From the NCBI GenBank assembly GCA_033856195.1, contig JAWVFL010000002.1:39662-103661 (forward strand): a DNA stretch of 64,000 nucleotides. The letters are read 5' to 3'. The stretch comes from Solirubrobacterales bacterium. Lineage in GTDB: Bacteria > Actinomycetota > Thermoleophilia > Solirubrobacterales > 70-9. Below are positions 1 through 8,812 of the stretch, piece by piece. The notes below the pieces were generated by a model. It was given only the letters and a program-made list of their open reading frames with translations, was not told where the DNA came from and searched no databases. Made by a program: the position numbers and the translations under genes. How positions within the stretch are numbered: the first letter of the stretch is position 1; each line of letters begins with the position of its first letter.

Positions 1-1
1 C

Positions 2-1246
2 GAGGCCAGCCGCTCGTTCGGCATCTTTCGCTCCCTCTATGACCTCGTCTACAACATGAACCTGGCCCATCTCAACCCCGACGTCGAGACCCTCTTCGAG
101 CAGCTCGACGATGCCGGGTTGCGCACGGCCTGCACGCCGTTCCTGATCTATCGCGGCCGCCACCGCCACCAGGTCTCACTCGACGGCCTCCTGCGCCGCG
201 CGGTCGATGCGACCCGCCTCAAGTTCCGCCACCACACCTGGGGCCCGGCCGAGCTCTTCTACGGCGACCTCTATGCCAGCCGCGAGGTGCCCTGCAAATC
301 GACCTCGATCCCCGGCAGCCGCGATGGCTACTCGGCCTGTTGCGCGGCCGAGCTGGCAAAGGCCGACGGGTTCGACTTCCTGCTCTTCTCGCTTCCCGAC
401 AACGACAACTACTCGCACCGTTTCGGTCCCGAGGCGAGCGTCGAGTCGATCGCCAAGGCGGACCACTGCTTCGGCAAACTGGTCGAGGCGGCGGGCGGGC
501 TTGACGCTTTCTTTGACGCCTACGCGTTGATCTTGGTCGCCGATCACGCCCAGACCCCCGTGCATCGCGGACTGCCGTTGGCTGAGTTGCTGGGACGCGA
601 GTGGACGGTCCTGCAGCCCTCGGAGTCGCGGCCGGAGCCCGCCCAGCTCGCGGTCAGCCCGACAGGACGGGCAGCGCACGTCTACCTCTTGCCCGGCGCC
701 GCCGAGCGGCCCGACCCGGAAGCGGTGCGCGCGGCCCTTGGCATCATCGAGGGCGTCGACCTGGTCTGCCGCCTGGAGGACTCCGCCGGCGCGCCCTTGC
801 CCCGGCGCGAGCCGGGGCAACCCTCCGCCGGCGCGACCGCGGTGGTCGAACGCGGCGAGACGCGGTTGCGCTTCCGTCCCGGCGACCGGGTCGCCGACCT
901 CCGCGGCGCTCGCTGGCAGGTCGAAGGGGACCTCAAGGCGTTGGAAGCGAACGTCGAGGACGGCCTGCTGAGCAGTGAGAACTATCCGGATCCACTGGCC
1001 CGCGTCTGGGCAGCGCTCAGCAGCCCTCACGCGGGAGACTTCATCCTCTCCCTCGCGCCGGGCTTCGAGGCCGTCGACTGGGGCGGCGTCACCCACGCCG
1101 GCGGTGGCAGCCACGGCTCGCTGCACGCCGGCGACTCGCTCGGCCCGCTGCTCTTCGTCGGCTGCGGCCCGGCAGACGCGAGCGAGCGAGCGCAGTGGAC
1201 GCTCTCCGACGTGGCCCCGGCGGCGCGGGACCACTTCGGACTATGA
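2..1246 (+). CDS. Alkaline-phosphatase-superfamily phosphodiesterase / nucleotide pyrophosphatase-like protein; the 5' end probably lies outside the window.
   Basis: The frame is open from base 2 and the first Met at 56 is probably internal. The C-terminal GGSHGSLHAGDS motif is typical of type I phosphodiesterase/AlkP-like enzymes. The stop overlaps the next start (ATGA at 1243-1246). Confidence 0.5.
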   Translation, partial: EASRSFGIFRSLYDLVYNMNLAHLNPDVETLFEQLDDAGLRTACTPFLIYRGRHRHQVSLDGLLRRAVDATRLKFRHHTWGPAELFYGDLYASREVPCKSTSIPGSRDGYSACCAAELAKADGFDFLLFSLPDNDNYSHRFGPEASVESIAKADHCFGKLVEAAGGLDAFFDAYALILVADHAQTPVHRGLPLAELLGREWTVLQPSESRPEPAQLAVSPTGRAAHVYLLPGAAERPDPEAVRAALGIIEGVDLVCRLEDSAGAPLPRREPGQPSAGATAVVERGETRLRFRPGDRVADLRGARWQVEGDLKALEANVEDGLLSSENYPDPLARVWAALSSPHAGDFILSLAPGFEAVDWGGVTHAGGGSHGSLHAGDSLGPLLFVGCGPADASERAQWTLSDVAPAARDHFGL

Positions 1247-2835
1247 GGTGGCTCGCGGCGGGCCTGCTCGCCGCGCTGCTGTGCCTTCCTGCCGTCGCCA
1301 CCGCGGCGCCGGCGGAAGTCAGCGCGGCAGAGGCCGCCCGCATCGCCGCCAAGAACCCGAAGGTGGTCGACGAGCGGCAGGCGAACGGAGGGCTCACCCA
1401 CGTCGCCAACAAGGTCGACGGCAACTGGGAGGTCGGCTACTTCGCTGGCGACAAGGAGGTCGCGCTTGTCATCGTCGACCCGTCCACCGGCCTCGTGCGC
1501 GAGTCCTGGACCGGCTACCAGGTCGCCTGGAGGATGGCGCGCGGCTATTCCGGCGCCTTCGGCCACAAGCTCAACGCGCCCTACGTCTTCCTGCCGCTCT
1601 GCGCGATCTTCCTGCTCGGGCTGCTCGACTGGCGCCGCCTCCGCCGGGTGGCCAACCTCGACCTCCTCGTCCTGCTCGGCTTCGGCGTCTCCCACTTCTT
1701 CTTCAACCGGGCGGATATCGGCGTTTCGGTGCCGCTCCAGTACTTGCCGCTCGTCTATCTCTTCGGCCGAGCGCTGTGGATCGGACTGCGGGGCGGAGGA
1801 GGGGGGGTCAACCCACGCTGGCCGGCAGCCTGGCTCCTCATAGCCGCACTCTTCTTGATCGGCTTCCGAGTGGGACTCAACATGGCCGACTCGGGCGCGA
1901 TCGACGTCGGCTACGCCGGCGTGGTCGGCGCTGACCGCATCGCCCACGGCGAACCGATCTACGACAACTTCCCCGAAGACGTCTCACAGGGCGACACCTA
2001 CGGGCCGGTCAACTACCTCGCCTACGTGCCCTTCGAGCGGATCTGGCCCTGGTCGGGAACCTGGGACGACCTGCCGGCGGCCCACGGCGCGGCGGTCTTC
2101 TTCGACCTCGCCACCTTCGCCCTGCTGATCCTGCTCGGCCGCCGCATCCGCCCAGGCCCCGCCGGCAACAAGCTCGCCGCGACCCTCGCCTTCGGCTGGG
2201 CCGCCTACCCCTACACAGCCTTCGCCCTGCTCTCCAACTCCAACGACACCCTCGTAGCAATGCTCCTGGTCGCCACCCTCCTCGCCCTGGCCCGGCCCGC
2301 TGCTCGCGGAGTCATGGCCGCGCTGGCAACCCTGGCGAAGTTCGCTCCCGCCATCCTCCTACCGATGCTCGCCACCCACGGCGAGAGACGTTGGCGCTTC
2401 GTCCTTGCCTTCGCCGCGACCGCCGTCGCCCTGCTCCTATGGCCGGCAATCGACCCCGGCCTCCACACCCTCTACGACCGCACCATCGCCTACCAATCCG
2501 GCCGCAACTCCCCCTTCAGCATCTGGGGCCAGGCCCCGTCGCTGGAGCCCCTCCGCGTAGCCATCCTGATCGCAGTTGCCGCCCTCTCCCTGCTCTTCGC
2601 CTTTCGCCCCAAGGAAAAGAAGCTCTTCCAAGTGGCAGCGTTGGGGGCGGCTCTCCTGATCAGCGTGCAGCTGACGATGCACCACTGGTTCTACCTCTAC
2701 ATAGTCTGGTTCTACCCACTCTTCCTTGTCGCGCTGTCTGTTTTGGAGCCTGAGAAGCGGCCGGGGGCTGTCTCGCCGGATCCTCGCGAAGCGGCTCCGC
2801 AGAGTTACGCGAGGGTCCCCGCAGGGGACCACTGA
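1243..2835 (+). CDS. Polytopic membrane protein, GT-C-like glycosyltransferase (DUF2029/GT87-like).
   Basis: It has a signal/anchor (MRWLAAGLLAALLCLPAVATAAPA) and many hydrophobic helices. The start is coupled to the upstream stop. The function is only inferred from general resemblance. Confidence 0.45.
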   Translation: MRWLAAGLLAALLCLPAVATAAPAEVSAAEAARIAAKNPKVVDERQANGGLTHVANKVDGNWEVGYFAGDKEVALVIVDPSTGLVRESWTGYQVAWRMARGYSGAFGHKLNAPYVFLPLCAIFLLGLLDWRRLRRVANLDLLVLLGFGVSHFFFNRADIGVSVPLQYLPLVYLFGRALWIGLRGGGGGVNPRWPAAWLLIAALFLIGFRVGLNMADSGAIDVGYAGVVGADRIAHGEPIYDNFPEDVSQGDTYGPVNYLAYVPFERIWPWSGTWDDLPAAHGAAVFFDLATFALLILLGRRIRPGPAGNKLAATLAFGWAAYPYTAFALLSNSNDTLVAMLLVATLLALARPAARGVMAALATLAKFAPAILLPMLATHGERRWRFVLAFAATAVALLLWPAIDPGLHTLYDRTIAYQSGRNSPFSIWGQAPSLEPLRVAILIAVAALSLLFAFRPKEKKLFQVAALGAALLISVQLTMHHWFYLYIVWFYPLFLVALSVLEPEKRPGAVSPDPREAAPQSYARVPAGDH

Positions 2836-2838
2836 ATT

Positions 2839-2859
2839 CGCCCCACCAAAGGTGGGGCG
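2839..2859. terminator. GC-rich hairpin between convergent genes.
   Basis: The hairpin is cgccccacc-aaa-ggtggggcg, 9 bp perfect. There is no clear T-tract. Confidence 0.35.
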
Positions 2860-2894
2860 TGGGATCCGGCGAGACAGCCCCCGGCCGCTCCCCG

Positions 2895-3671
2895 CTACGA
2901 AGCAGGAGCCGGAACCATCACCGGCTCGATCGAGTCAGCCAACCCTTGGTCGTTGACGTCCACCACCGCCCCCATCACCCAAACATCCTCCTCAGCCGTC
3001 TCAAACTTAACCGGCATCTGAGTGATCATCGACTCCAGGATCAGCTCCGGTTTCACCCCAAGCACACTGGTCCGCGACCCGGTCATCCCCACATCGGAGA
3101 TGAAAGCGGTGCCCTGCGGCAGCACCCGCGCATCCGCCGTCGGCACGTGCGTATGGGTGCCGAGCACGCCGGCCACTCGACCGTCGAGGTGCCAGCCCAT
3201 CGCCACCTTCTCGCTCGTCACCTCTGCGTGGAAGTCGACGAGGACGAAGTCGCACTCGATTTTCTCGAGGACGTTGTCGGCCTCGTGGAAGGGTGAGCGG
3301 GCGACGCGCAGCCCGACGGCGCCGCTGAGGTTGATTATCCCCGCACGCCGTCCACCGATCTCGACAACCGTGTAGCCGCGGCCGGGATTGGCGTAGGGAT
3401 AGTTGGCGGGACGGATCACCCGATCGCTGCGGTTGAGGAAGCCGTAGACCTCGCGGTGGCGATAGACGTGGTTGCCGGTGGTGATCACGTCGACGCCGGC
3501 ATCGAAGATCGCCGTGGCGGTCTTCTCGGTGATCCCCATCCCCCCAGCGGAGTTCTCGCCGTTGACGATGACCATCTCGGGGGCGTAGCGCTCGCGCAGT
3601 CCGGGCATCGCGGCGGCGAGACCGCGGCGCCCTGGACCACCGACCACGTCGCCGATGAAGAGGACCTTCAT
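2895..3671 (-). CDS. ymdB: YmdB-like metallophosphoesterase (TIGR00282 family, 2',3'-cyclic-nucleotide phosphodiesterase).
   Basis: The N-terminus MKVLFIGDVVG and the motifs VNGENSAGG and GNHV are characteristic of the family. Confidence 0.75.
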   Translation of the reverse strand: MKVLFIGDVVGGPGRRGLAAAMPGLRERYAPEMVIVNGENSAGGMGITEKTATAIFDAGVDVITTGNHVYRHREVYGFLNRSDRVIRPANYPYANPGRGYTVVEIGGRRAGIINLSGAVGLRVARSPFHEADNVLEKIECDFVLVDFHAEVTSEKVAMGWHLDGRVAGVLGTHTHVPTADARVLPQGTAFISDVGMTGSRTSVLGVKPELILESMITQMPVKFETAEEDVWVMGAVVDVNDQGLADSIEPVMVPAPAS

Positions 3672-3703
3672 GAGCCTGACCCTATCCGCGCAATTGCGAA
3701 AGG

Positions 3704-4399
3704 GTGTGCAGGGTGAACGAGCGAAACGACGTGGTCGAGCGCGCCCTGGGCTATCCCTACGGCGCGCCGTCAGAGCCCTTCGTCCAGCTTGGGCACAAAA
3801 CCCTCGACCCGGCCGAGCTCAAGATCGACCGCGACGCGCGCACGCCGGTACTCGCCTATGGCTCGAACGCGGCCCCCCGGGTGCTCTCGCGAAAGCTCGC
3901 GCTCAGCGATCAGCCGGTGCTCGTAGTCCCCGCCCGGCTCAGCGAGCTCGACGTCGTCTACTCCTCTCACATCTCTCCCTACGGAGCCTTGCCCGCGACC
4001 CTTCAGCGCAGCCCCGGGACCGAGGTCCGGGTCCACGTCATCTACATGACCAGCGCTCAGATCGGCGTCATCTCGGCTACCGAGCCGAACTACGAACCGC
4101 AGCTGCTCGAGGGAATCGAGTGTCGGCTCGAAGACGGCGAGGAGCTGAACGAGGTCTCGGCCTACCTCAGTCGCCATGGCTGCCTCCTCGTCGACGGCTC
4201 CGAGGTCGCGCTCGCGGCAGTCGCGGCGAGTGGCAGGACGCTGACCGCGCTCAGCGAGCCCGAGGCGATCGAGTGGGTCAGGTCCTCGCTCTGCCCCGAC
4301 GACAGCCTTGAGTCCTTCGTCCTCGCCAACGTCACAGATCCCGACCTGTCCCAGGCCCGTTCGGCGCAGCTTCCGGGCCGGCCCCTCCTAGCGCGGTAG
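3704..4399 (+). CDS. Hypothetical protein, possibly with a gamma-glutamylcyclotransferase/AIG2-like fold.
   Basis: The ORF has coding-like composition and VLAYGSNAAP resembles GGCT-like N-termini. GTG starts are possible at 3704 or 3713. Confidence 0.4.
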   Translation: MCRVNERNDVVERALGYPYGAPSEPFVQLGHKTLDPAELKIDRDARTPVLAYGSNAAPRVLSRKLALSDQPVLVVPARLSELDVVYSSHISPYGALPATLQRSPGTEVRVHVIYMTSAQIGVISATEPNYEPQLLEGIECRLEDGEELNEVSAYLSRHGCLLVDGSEVALAAVAASGRTLTALSEPEAIEWVRSSLCPDDSLESFVLANVTDPDLSQARSAQLPGRPLLAR

Positions 4400-4402
4400 C
4401 GC

Positions 4403-5755
4403 TCAGACTGCGCTGAAGCGGCGCAGCGCCAGGCGGGCGAGCAGCCCGTAGGCGACGATCAAGATCGCGAGGTGAAGAAGCGCGGCGCCGATGCTGGGTC
4501 CGGCGGGATCGAGCGCCGCCGTCATCGCTTGCAAGGCGGGCTTGAAGGGGAAGAGCGCAGTGATCACCCTGATCGCGTTGTAGAGCGCCGGCCCAACCGT
4601 GCCGGAGGGGATCAGCGAGAGGAAGGCGACGGGCAGCGTGACCATGAACGCCAGCAGCGCGACCGCCCGCACCTCACGCGCCGCGGCCCCGAGCGCCGCC
4701 CCGGCAGCGCCGAGCGCGGCGCCCCCGGCGACGATCGCCAGCAGCCACAGCCCGAACCGACTCCAATGCAAGGGAACGAAGAGCGCCAGCCCGGCCAGCA
4801 TCAGCAGGGTCACCACCAGGCCGGCGACGACGCCGAGCGCGACCTTCTCGGTCAGCAGGGCCCAGCGCGAGACCAACCCGCGGGTCAGCCGCGGGAAGGC
4901 ATTCTCCTCCCGCTCGAGCGCCAGCGAGCCGGCGACCAGCAGCACGGTGACAAAGGCGAGGGTGAAGGTGGCGGCAACGGCAATCGCGAAGACTTCGAGC
5001 GGTGGGGTGGACGCGTTGACGACCTGCTTGTCGACCGCGATCGGCTGGGTCAGCCGGGCCAGCAGCGGCGCCGCGGTGTCGAGGTTGTTGCGGGCGAGGA
5101 TGGTGAACCGGATGACCTGGTCGACCGAGGCGCGCAGCGGCCCTCGCGGCAGGGCCGGCCGAACCGATTCGAGGATGCGGGCGCTGTTGCGCAGGCCGAG
5201 GATCTGAATTGCCTGGCCGAGCACGCGGAACTCTCCGCCGTTGAGGACGAGGCCGAGGAATTTGCCGCCTTCGCCGGCAATCCGCCGCGCGATCACCAGG
5301 TTGGCCTGGGTCAGCAGCGAGTTGATCCGGTCGTTGACGAGACGGGCCTTGACCGGGTCCTCCTCGTTGACGATCACCTCGACTTCCGGCGTGCTCGGCG
5401 CCGGCGTCGAGAGCGAGTTGATGCGATCGACCAGGTCGGCCGGCAGGATCAGCGCCGCCAGGACGTCGCCGGAGCTCACCTCGTCGACCGCTTCGGCACG
5501 GCTCCTCACGTGCACGCACTCGACCCGTGCGCAGATGCGCCCGCCGACGCCGATATTCGGCAGCTCGCTGGTGCCGACGCTGACCCGGGCGTCCGCGGGA
5601 ACCTCGTTGAGGAAGGCGACGCGGGGCTTGTCCGGCGAGCGCGAGATCGCGAAGCCGACGAGAACGGCGATCAGCACGGGATAGGCGACCAGCAGAAACG
5701 CCTGGAGAGGAGAGCGGCGGAGGATCTGCAGGTCCTTGAGCAGCAGCCAGCGCAT
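4403..5755 (-). CDS. ABC-2 type transporter permease.
   Basis: It has an N-terminal TM helix, a large extracytoplasmic loop and a C-terminal multi-TM bundle. Its start overlaps the stop of the ATPase gene (TGATG). Confidence 0.65.
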   Translation of the reverse strand: MRWLLLKDLQILRRSPLQAFLLVAYPVLIAVLVGFAISRSPDKPRVAFLNEVPADARVSVGTSELPNIGVGGRICARVECVHVRSRAEAVDEVSSGDVLAALILPADLVDRINSLSTPAPSTPEVEVIVNEEDPVKARLVNDRINSLLTQANLVIARRIAGEGGKFLGLVLNGGEFRVLGQAIQILGLRNSARILESVRPALPRGPLRASVDQVIRFTILARNNLDTAAPLLARLTQPIAVDKQVVNASTPPLEVFAIAVAATFTLAFVTVLLVAGSLALEREENAFPRLTRGLVSRWALLTEKVALGVVAGLVVTLLMLAGLALFVPLHWSRFGLWLLAIVAGGAALGAAGAALGAAAREVRAVALLAFMVTLPVAFLSLIPSGTVGPALYNAIRVITALFPFKPALQAMTAALDPAGPSIGAALLHLAILIVAYGLLARLALRRFSAV

Positions 5756-6492
5756 CAGTGCCCCCGGTGATGGAGGAAGGCGACGAAGGCGGTCTCGAAG
5801 TCCTGATCAGCGGCCCCGGCCGCCTCCCGGCGCACCGCTTCGCGCAGGCCCTCGGCAGAGCCGTCGAAGAGCGCCTCGCCGTCGGCGAGCACCAGCACCC
5901 GCTTGCCGTAGCGCTCGGCCTCCTGAATGTCGTGCGTGGAAAAGATCACCGTCGTCCCGCCAGTCGCCAGCGCCGAGACGAACTCCCACAACCGCGCCCG
6001 CTGCCGCGGATCGAGCCCGACACTGGGCTCGTCGAGCAGCAGCACCGACGGCCGCGCCAGCAGCCCGATCGCGATATTGATCCGCTGCTGGTTCCCCCCC
6101 GACAACCGAGCCACGATCTCTCCCCGCCGATCGCCCAGCCCGGTCAACTCAAGCATCTCCTCGACCGAGCTACGCGGATCCTCGCGCCTCTCGAGCCGCG
6201 CAAAGAGCAGCAGGTTCTCCTCTACCGTCAGCCGCCGGTAGAGCGCCGCCTGCTGAGGCACCCAACCCACCTCCCCTTGCGGCACGTGTACCTCACCGCT
6301 GTCGGGCTTGGAGATGCCGGCAAGGATCGAGAGAAGCGTCGTCTTACCGGCGCCGTTGGGCCCGATGACAGCCACAAGCTCACCAGCCGACGCTTCGAAG
6401 TCGATACCCCGCAGAGCTTCCCGCTCCCCGAAGCGTTTGACCAGCTTGCGCGCCTCCAACACGGCCTCTCGAGTCCCGCTCCCTGCTCCCAT
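5755..6492 (-). CDS. ABC transporter ATP-binding protein.
   Basis: Walker A is GPNGAGKTT, the signature is LSGGNQQR and Walker B is LLLDEP. The likely start is the Met at 6490-6492, because the longer ORF to 6576 runs into the palindromic element. Confidence 0.85.
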   Translation of the reverse strand: MGAGSGTREAVLEARKLVKRFGEREALRGIDFEASAGELVAVIGPNGAGKTTLLSILAGISKPDSGEVHVPQGEVGWVPQQAALYRRLTVEENLLLFARLERREDPRSSVEEMLELTGLGDRRGEIVARLSGGNQQRINIAIGLLARPSVLLLDEPSVGLDPRQRARLWEFVSALATGGTTVIFSTHDIQEAERYGKRVLVLADGEALFDGSAEGLREAVRREAAGAADQDFETAFVAFLHHRGH

Positions 6493-6547
6493 GCCGCCGA
6501 AAGCTACCCATCGAGGGAAGCCGCTTGTGTTAGCCACCGCTTGAGCA

Positions 6548-6624
6548 AGGGACGCGGGTGCCCCAATCCCAGACACACAAGCCCGGCGAAGCCGGGCGGC
6601 TGGGATAGGGGCACCCGCGTCCCT
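6548..6624. repeat. Triple-nested palindrome in a divergent intergenic region.
   Basis: The outer arms are 17 bp (agggacgcgggtgcccc / ggggcacccgcgtccct). The middle stem is 7 bp (atcccag/ctgggat). The inner stem is 7 bp (gcccggc-gaa-gccgggc). Confidence 0.8.
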
Positions 6625-6643
6625 CCCTTAAACTCGGCTTTGA

Positions 6644-7615
6644 ATGCCGTTTCCTGCCACCCGCATGCGTCGCCTCCGCCGCACGGAGGCGCTCCGAGCG
6701 CTGGTCCGAGAGACTGAGCTCTCCCCGCGCCACCTGATCCAGCCCCTCTTCGTAGTAGCCGGCGAGAACGTCCGCGAGGAGGTCGACTCGATGCCCGGCA
6801 TCGAGCGCTTCTCGATCTCCGAGCTGGTCGCCGAGGCAACCGAGATCGCCACCGCCGGCGTCGGCGCCGTCCTCCTCTTCGGCGTCCCCGCAGCCAAGGA
6901 CGAGTCCGGCTCGGGCGCCTACGACGACGAGGGCGTCGTGCAGATGGCGGTGCGGGCGCTGAAGGAGGCTCATCCCGATCTCACTGTGATCACCGACGTC
7001 TGTCTCTGCGAGTACACCTCGCACGGCCACTGTGGCTTCGTCCGCGACGGCGAGGTCGACAACGACATCACGGTCGAGCTGCTGGCCAAAGTCGCGATCT
7101 CCCACGCAGAGGCCGGCGCTGACGCGGTCGCTCCCAGCGACATGATGGACGGCCGGGTCGGGACCATCCGCCACCAGCTCGACGAAGAGGGCCACGCCGG
7201 GGTGCCGATCGTCGCCTACAGCGCCAAGTACGTCTCCGCTTTCTACGGTCCCTTCCGCGACGCCGCCGAGTCCGCTCCTGAATTCGGTGACCGCCGCGGC
7301 TACCAGATGGATCCCGCCAACGCCGCCGAAGCGGTGCGCGAGGCCGAGCTGGACCTCGAGGAGGGCGCCGACATGCTGATGGTCAAGCCCGCCACCCCCT
7401 ACCTCGACGTGGTCCGCCAGGTGAAGGACGCGACAGGCGCTCCGCTGGCGGCCTACCACGTCTCCGGCGAGTACTCGATGCTGAAGGCCGCCGCCGAGCA
7501 GGGCTGGATCGACGAGCGCGCCGCCGTGCTGGAGACGCTGACCTCGATCCGCCGCGCCGGCGCCGACGCGATCGTCACCTACTACGCCAAGGAGGCGGCT
7601 GGATGGCTTCGGTAA
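6644..7615 (+). CDS. hemB: Porphobilinogen synthase (delta-aminolevulinate dehydratase).
   Basis: The Zn-site motif DVCLCEYTSHGHCG and the MVKPA and YHVSGEY motifs are present. Confidence 0.95.
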   Translation: MPFPATRMRRLRRTEALRALVRETELSPRHLIQPLFVVAGENVREEVDSMPGIERFSISELVAEATEIATAGVGAVLLFGVPAAKDESGSGAYDDEGVVQMAVRALKEAHPDLTVITDVCLCEYTSHGHCGFVRDGEVDNDITVELLAKVAISHAEAGADAVAPSDMMDGRVGTIRHQLDEEGHAGVPIVAYSAKYVSAFYGPFRDAAESAPEFGDRRGYQMDPANAAEAVREAELDLEEGADMLMVKPATPYLDVVRQVKDATGAPLAAYHVSGEYSMLKAAAEQGWIDERAAVLETLTSIRRAGADAIVTYYAKEAAGWLR

Positions 7616-8688
7616 AGGTCCCGCAGTCGAAGGCGCGCTCGCGCAAGGACGGCGCCGCGATCCCGCTCGACGAGACCGACAAGCGGCTGATGAACCTGCT
7701 GCAGTCGAGCTTCCCGCTCGACCCGGAGCCCTTCGCGCTCGTCGCCTCGGAGGCGGACCTGGAGCTGGACGACGTCCTCGCCCGCACGAAGCGCCTGCTC
7801 GACGAGCGGATCATCCGGGAGATCACGCCGATCTTCGACACCCGCGCGCTCGGCTACGAGTCGATGCTGGTCGCCGCCAAGGTCGACAGCGATCACCCCC
7901 ACCGGGCCGCCCAGATCGTCAACTCTCACCCCGGCGTCTCGCACAACTATCTGCGCACCCACGACTTCAACCTCTGGTTCACGATCGCCACGCCGCCCGA
8001 CTCCGAGCTCGGCCTCGCCGGCACTCTCGAGACGCTGATGCGCGAGACCGGCGCCGAGTCGATGCGGGAGCTGCCCACCCTGACCCTGTTCAAGATCAAC
8101 ATGAACCTGGAGATGGAGAAGGGCACCGACGCCCTCTCCGCGCCGATCGACGCCTCGCCGCCGCGCGAGCTCGAGGCCCAGCCCTACGACGAGCGCGACG
8201 TCGCCGTGATCCGCGCCCTGCAGGGACCGATGGAGGCGGTCGAGCGGCCCTACGACGACGCCGCGGCTGAGGTGGGGATGACGACGGAGGAGCTGCTTGC
8301 GCACCTCGGCGGCATGGTCGACCGCAAGCTGCTGCGCCGCGTCGCGGCGATCCTCTTCCACCGCCGCGCCGGTTTCTCCGCCAACGGCATGGGCGTCTGG
8401 AAGGTACCCGAGGCGGAGATCATGGCGGCGGGCAGCCGCATGGCCTCCTTCCGTGGCATCTCCCACTGCTACCAGCGCCCCACGTATGAGGACTGGCCCT
8501 ACAGCGTCTTCACGATGGCGCACGGCCGCTCCAAGGAGGAGTGCGACGCAGTCCTCGACTCGATCGCCGAGGACTGCGGGATGGGGCCCGACGACCGTGC
8601 CACCCTCTACTCCTCGACCGAGTACAAGAAGATCCGCCTCCATTACTTCACCGACGATTACGCCAGGTGGGAAGCGGAGCACTCGTAG
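7603..8688 (+). CDS. Fused siroheme decarboxylase-like protein (AhbA/AhbB or NirD/NirL type, two AsnC-like halves).
   Basis: There are two tandem Lrp/AsnC-like modules. The first half carries SHPGVSHNYLR and the second carries ISHCYQRPTYEDWPYSVFTMAH, both hallmarks of NirDL/AhbAB. The gene overlaps the hemB stop. Confidence 0.7.
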   Translation: MASVKVPQSKARSRKDGAAIPLDETDKRLMNLLQSSFPLDPEPFALVASEADLELDDVLARTKRLLDERIIREITPIFDTRALGYESMLVAAKVDSDHPHRAAQIVNSHPGVSHNYLRTHDFNLWFTIATPPDSELGLAGTLETLMRETGAESMRELPTLTLFKINMNLEMEKGTDALSAPIDASPPRELEAQPYDERDVAVIRALQGPMEAVERPYDDAAAEVGMTTEELLAHLGGMVDRKLLRRVAAILFHRRAGFSANGMGVWKVPEAEIMAAGSRMASFRGISHCYQRPTYEDWPYSVFTMAHGRSKEECDAVLDSIAEDCGMGPDDRATLYSSTEYKKIRLHYFTDDYARWEAEHS

Positions 8689-8804
8689 ATGCCAGGCCCG
8701 GCAGGGATTCCGCTTAACTTTTTCGGTGGGTCCGCGTCTGCTGGCGCCCGCAGCGCGTGCCGAAAAAGTACAAGACGCTCCACTCCTGCCGGGCCTGGCA
8801 TCTA
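8686..8804 (+). repeat. Palindromic element, copy A (conserved core with copy-specific 20-bp stem).
   Basis: The stem is tagatgccaggcccggcagg (8686-8705) paired with cctgccgggcctggcatcta (8785-8804). The core halves are taactttttcggtgg (8715-8729) and gccgaaaaagtacaag (8759-8774), 29 nt apart. Confidence 0.85.
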
Positions 8805-8812
8805 GCGGCCCC

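Noticed and set aside
8297-8812. An N-terminal 172-aa extension of the hemL ORF.
   Set aside because: It is Ser/Arg/Thr/Pro-rich, overlaps the upstream gene and runs through repeat copy A. The canonical HemL N-terminus begins at the GTG at 8813.
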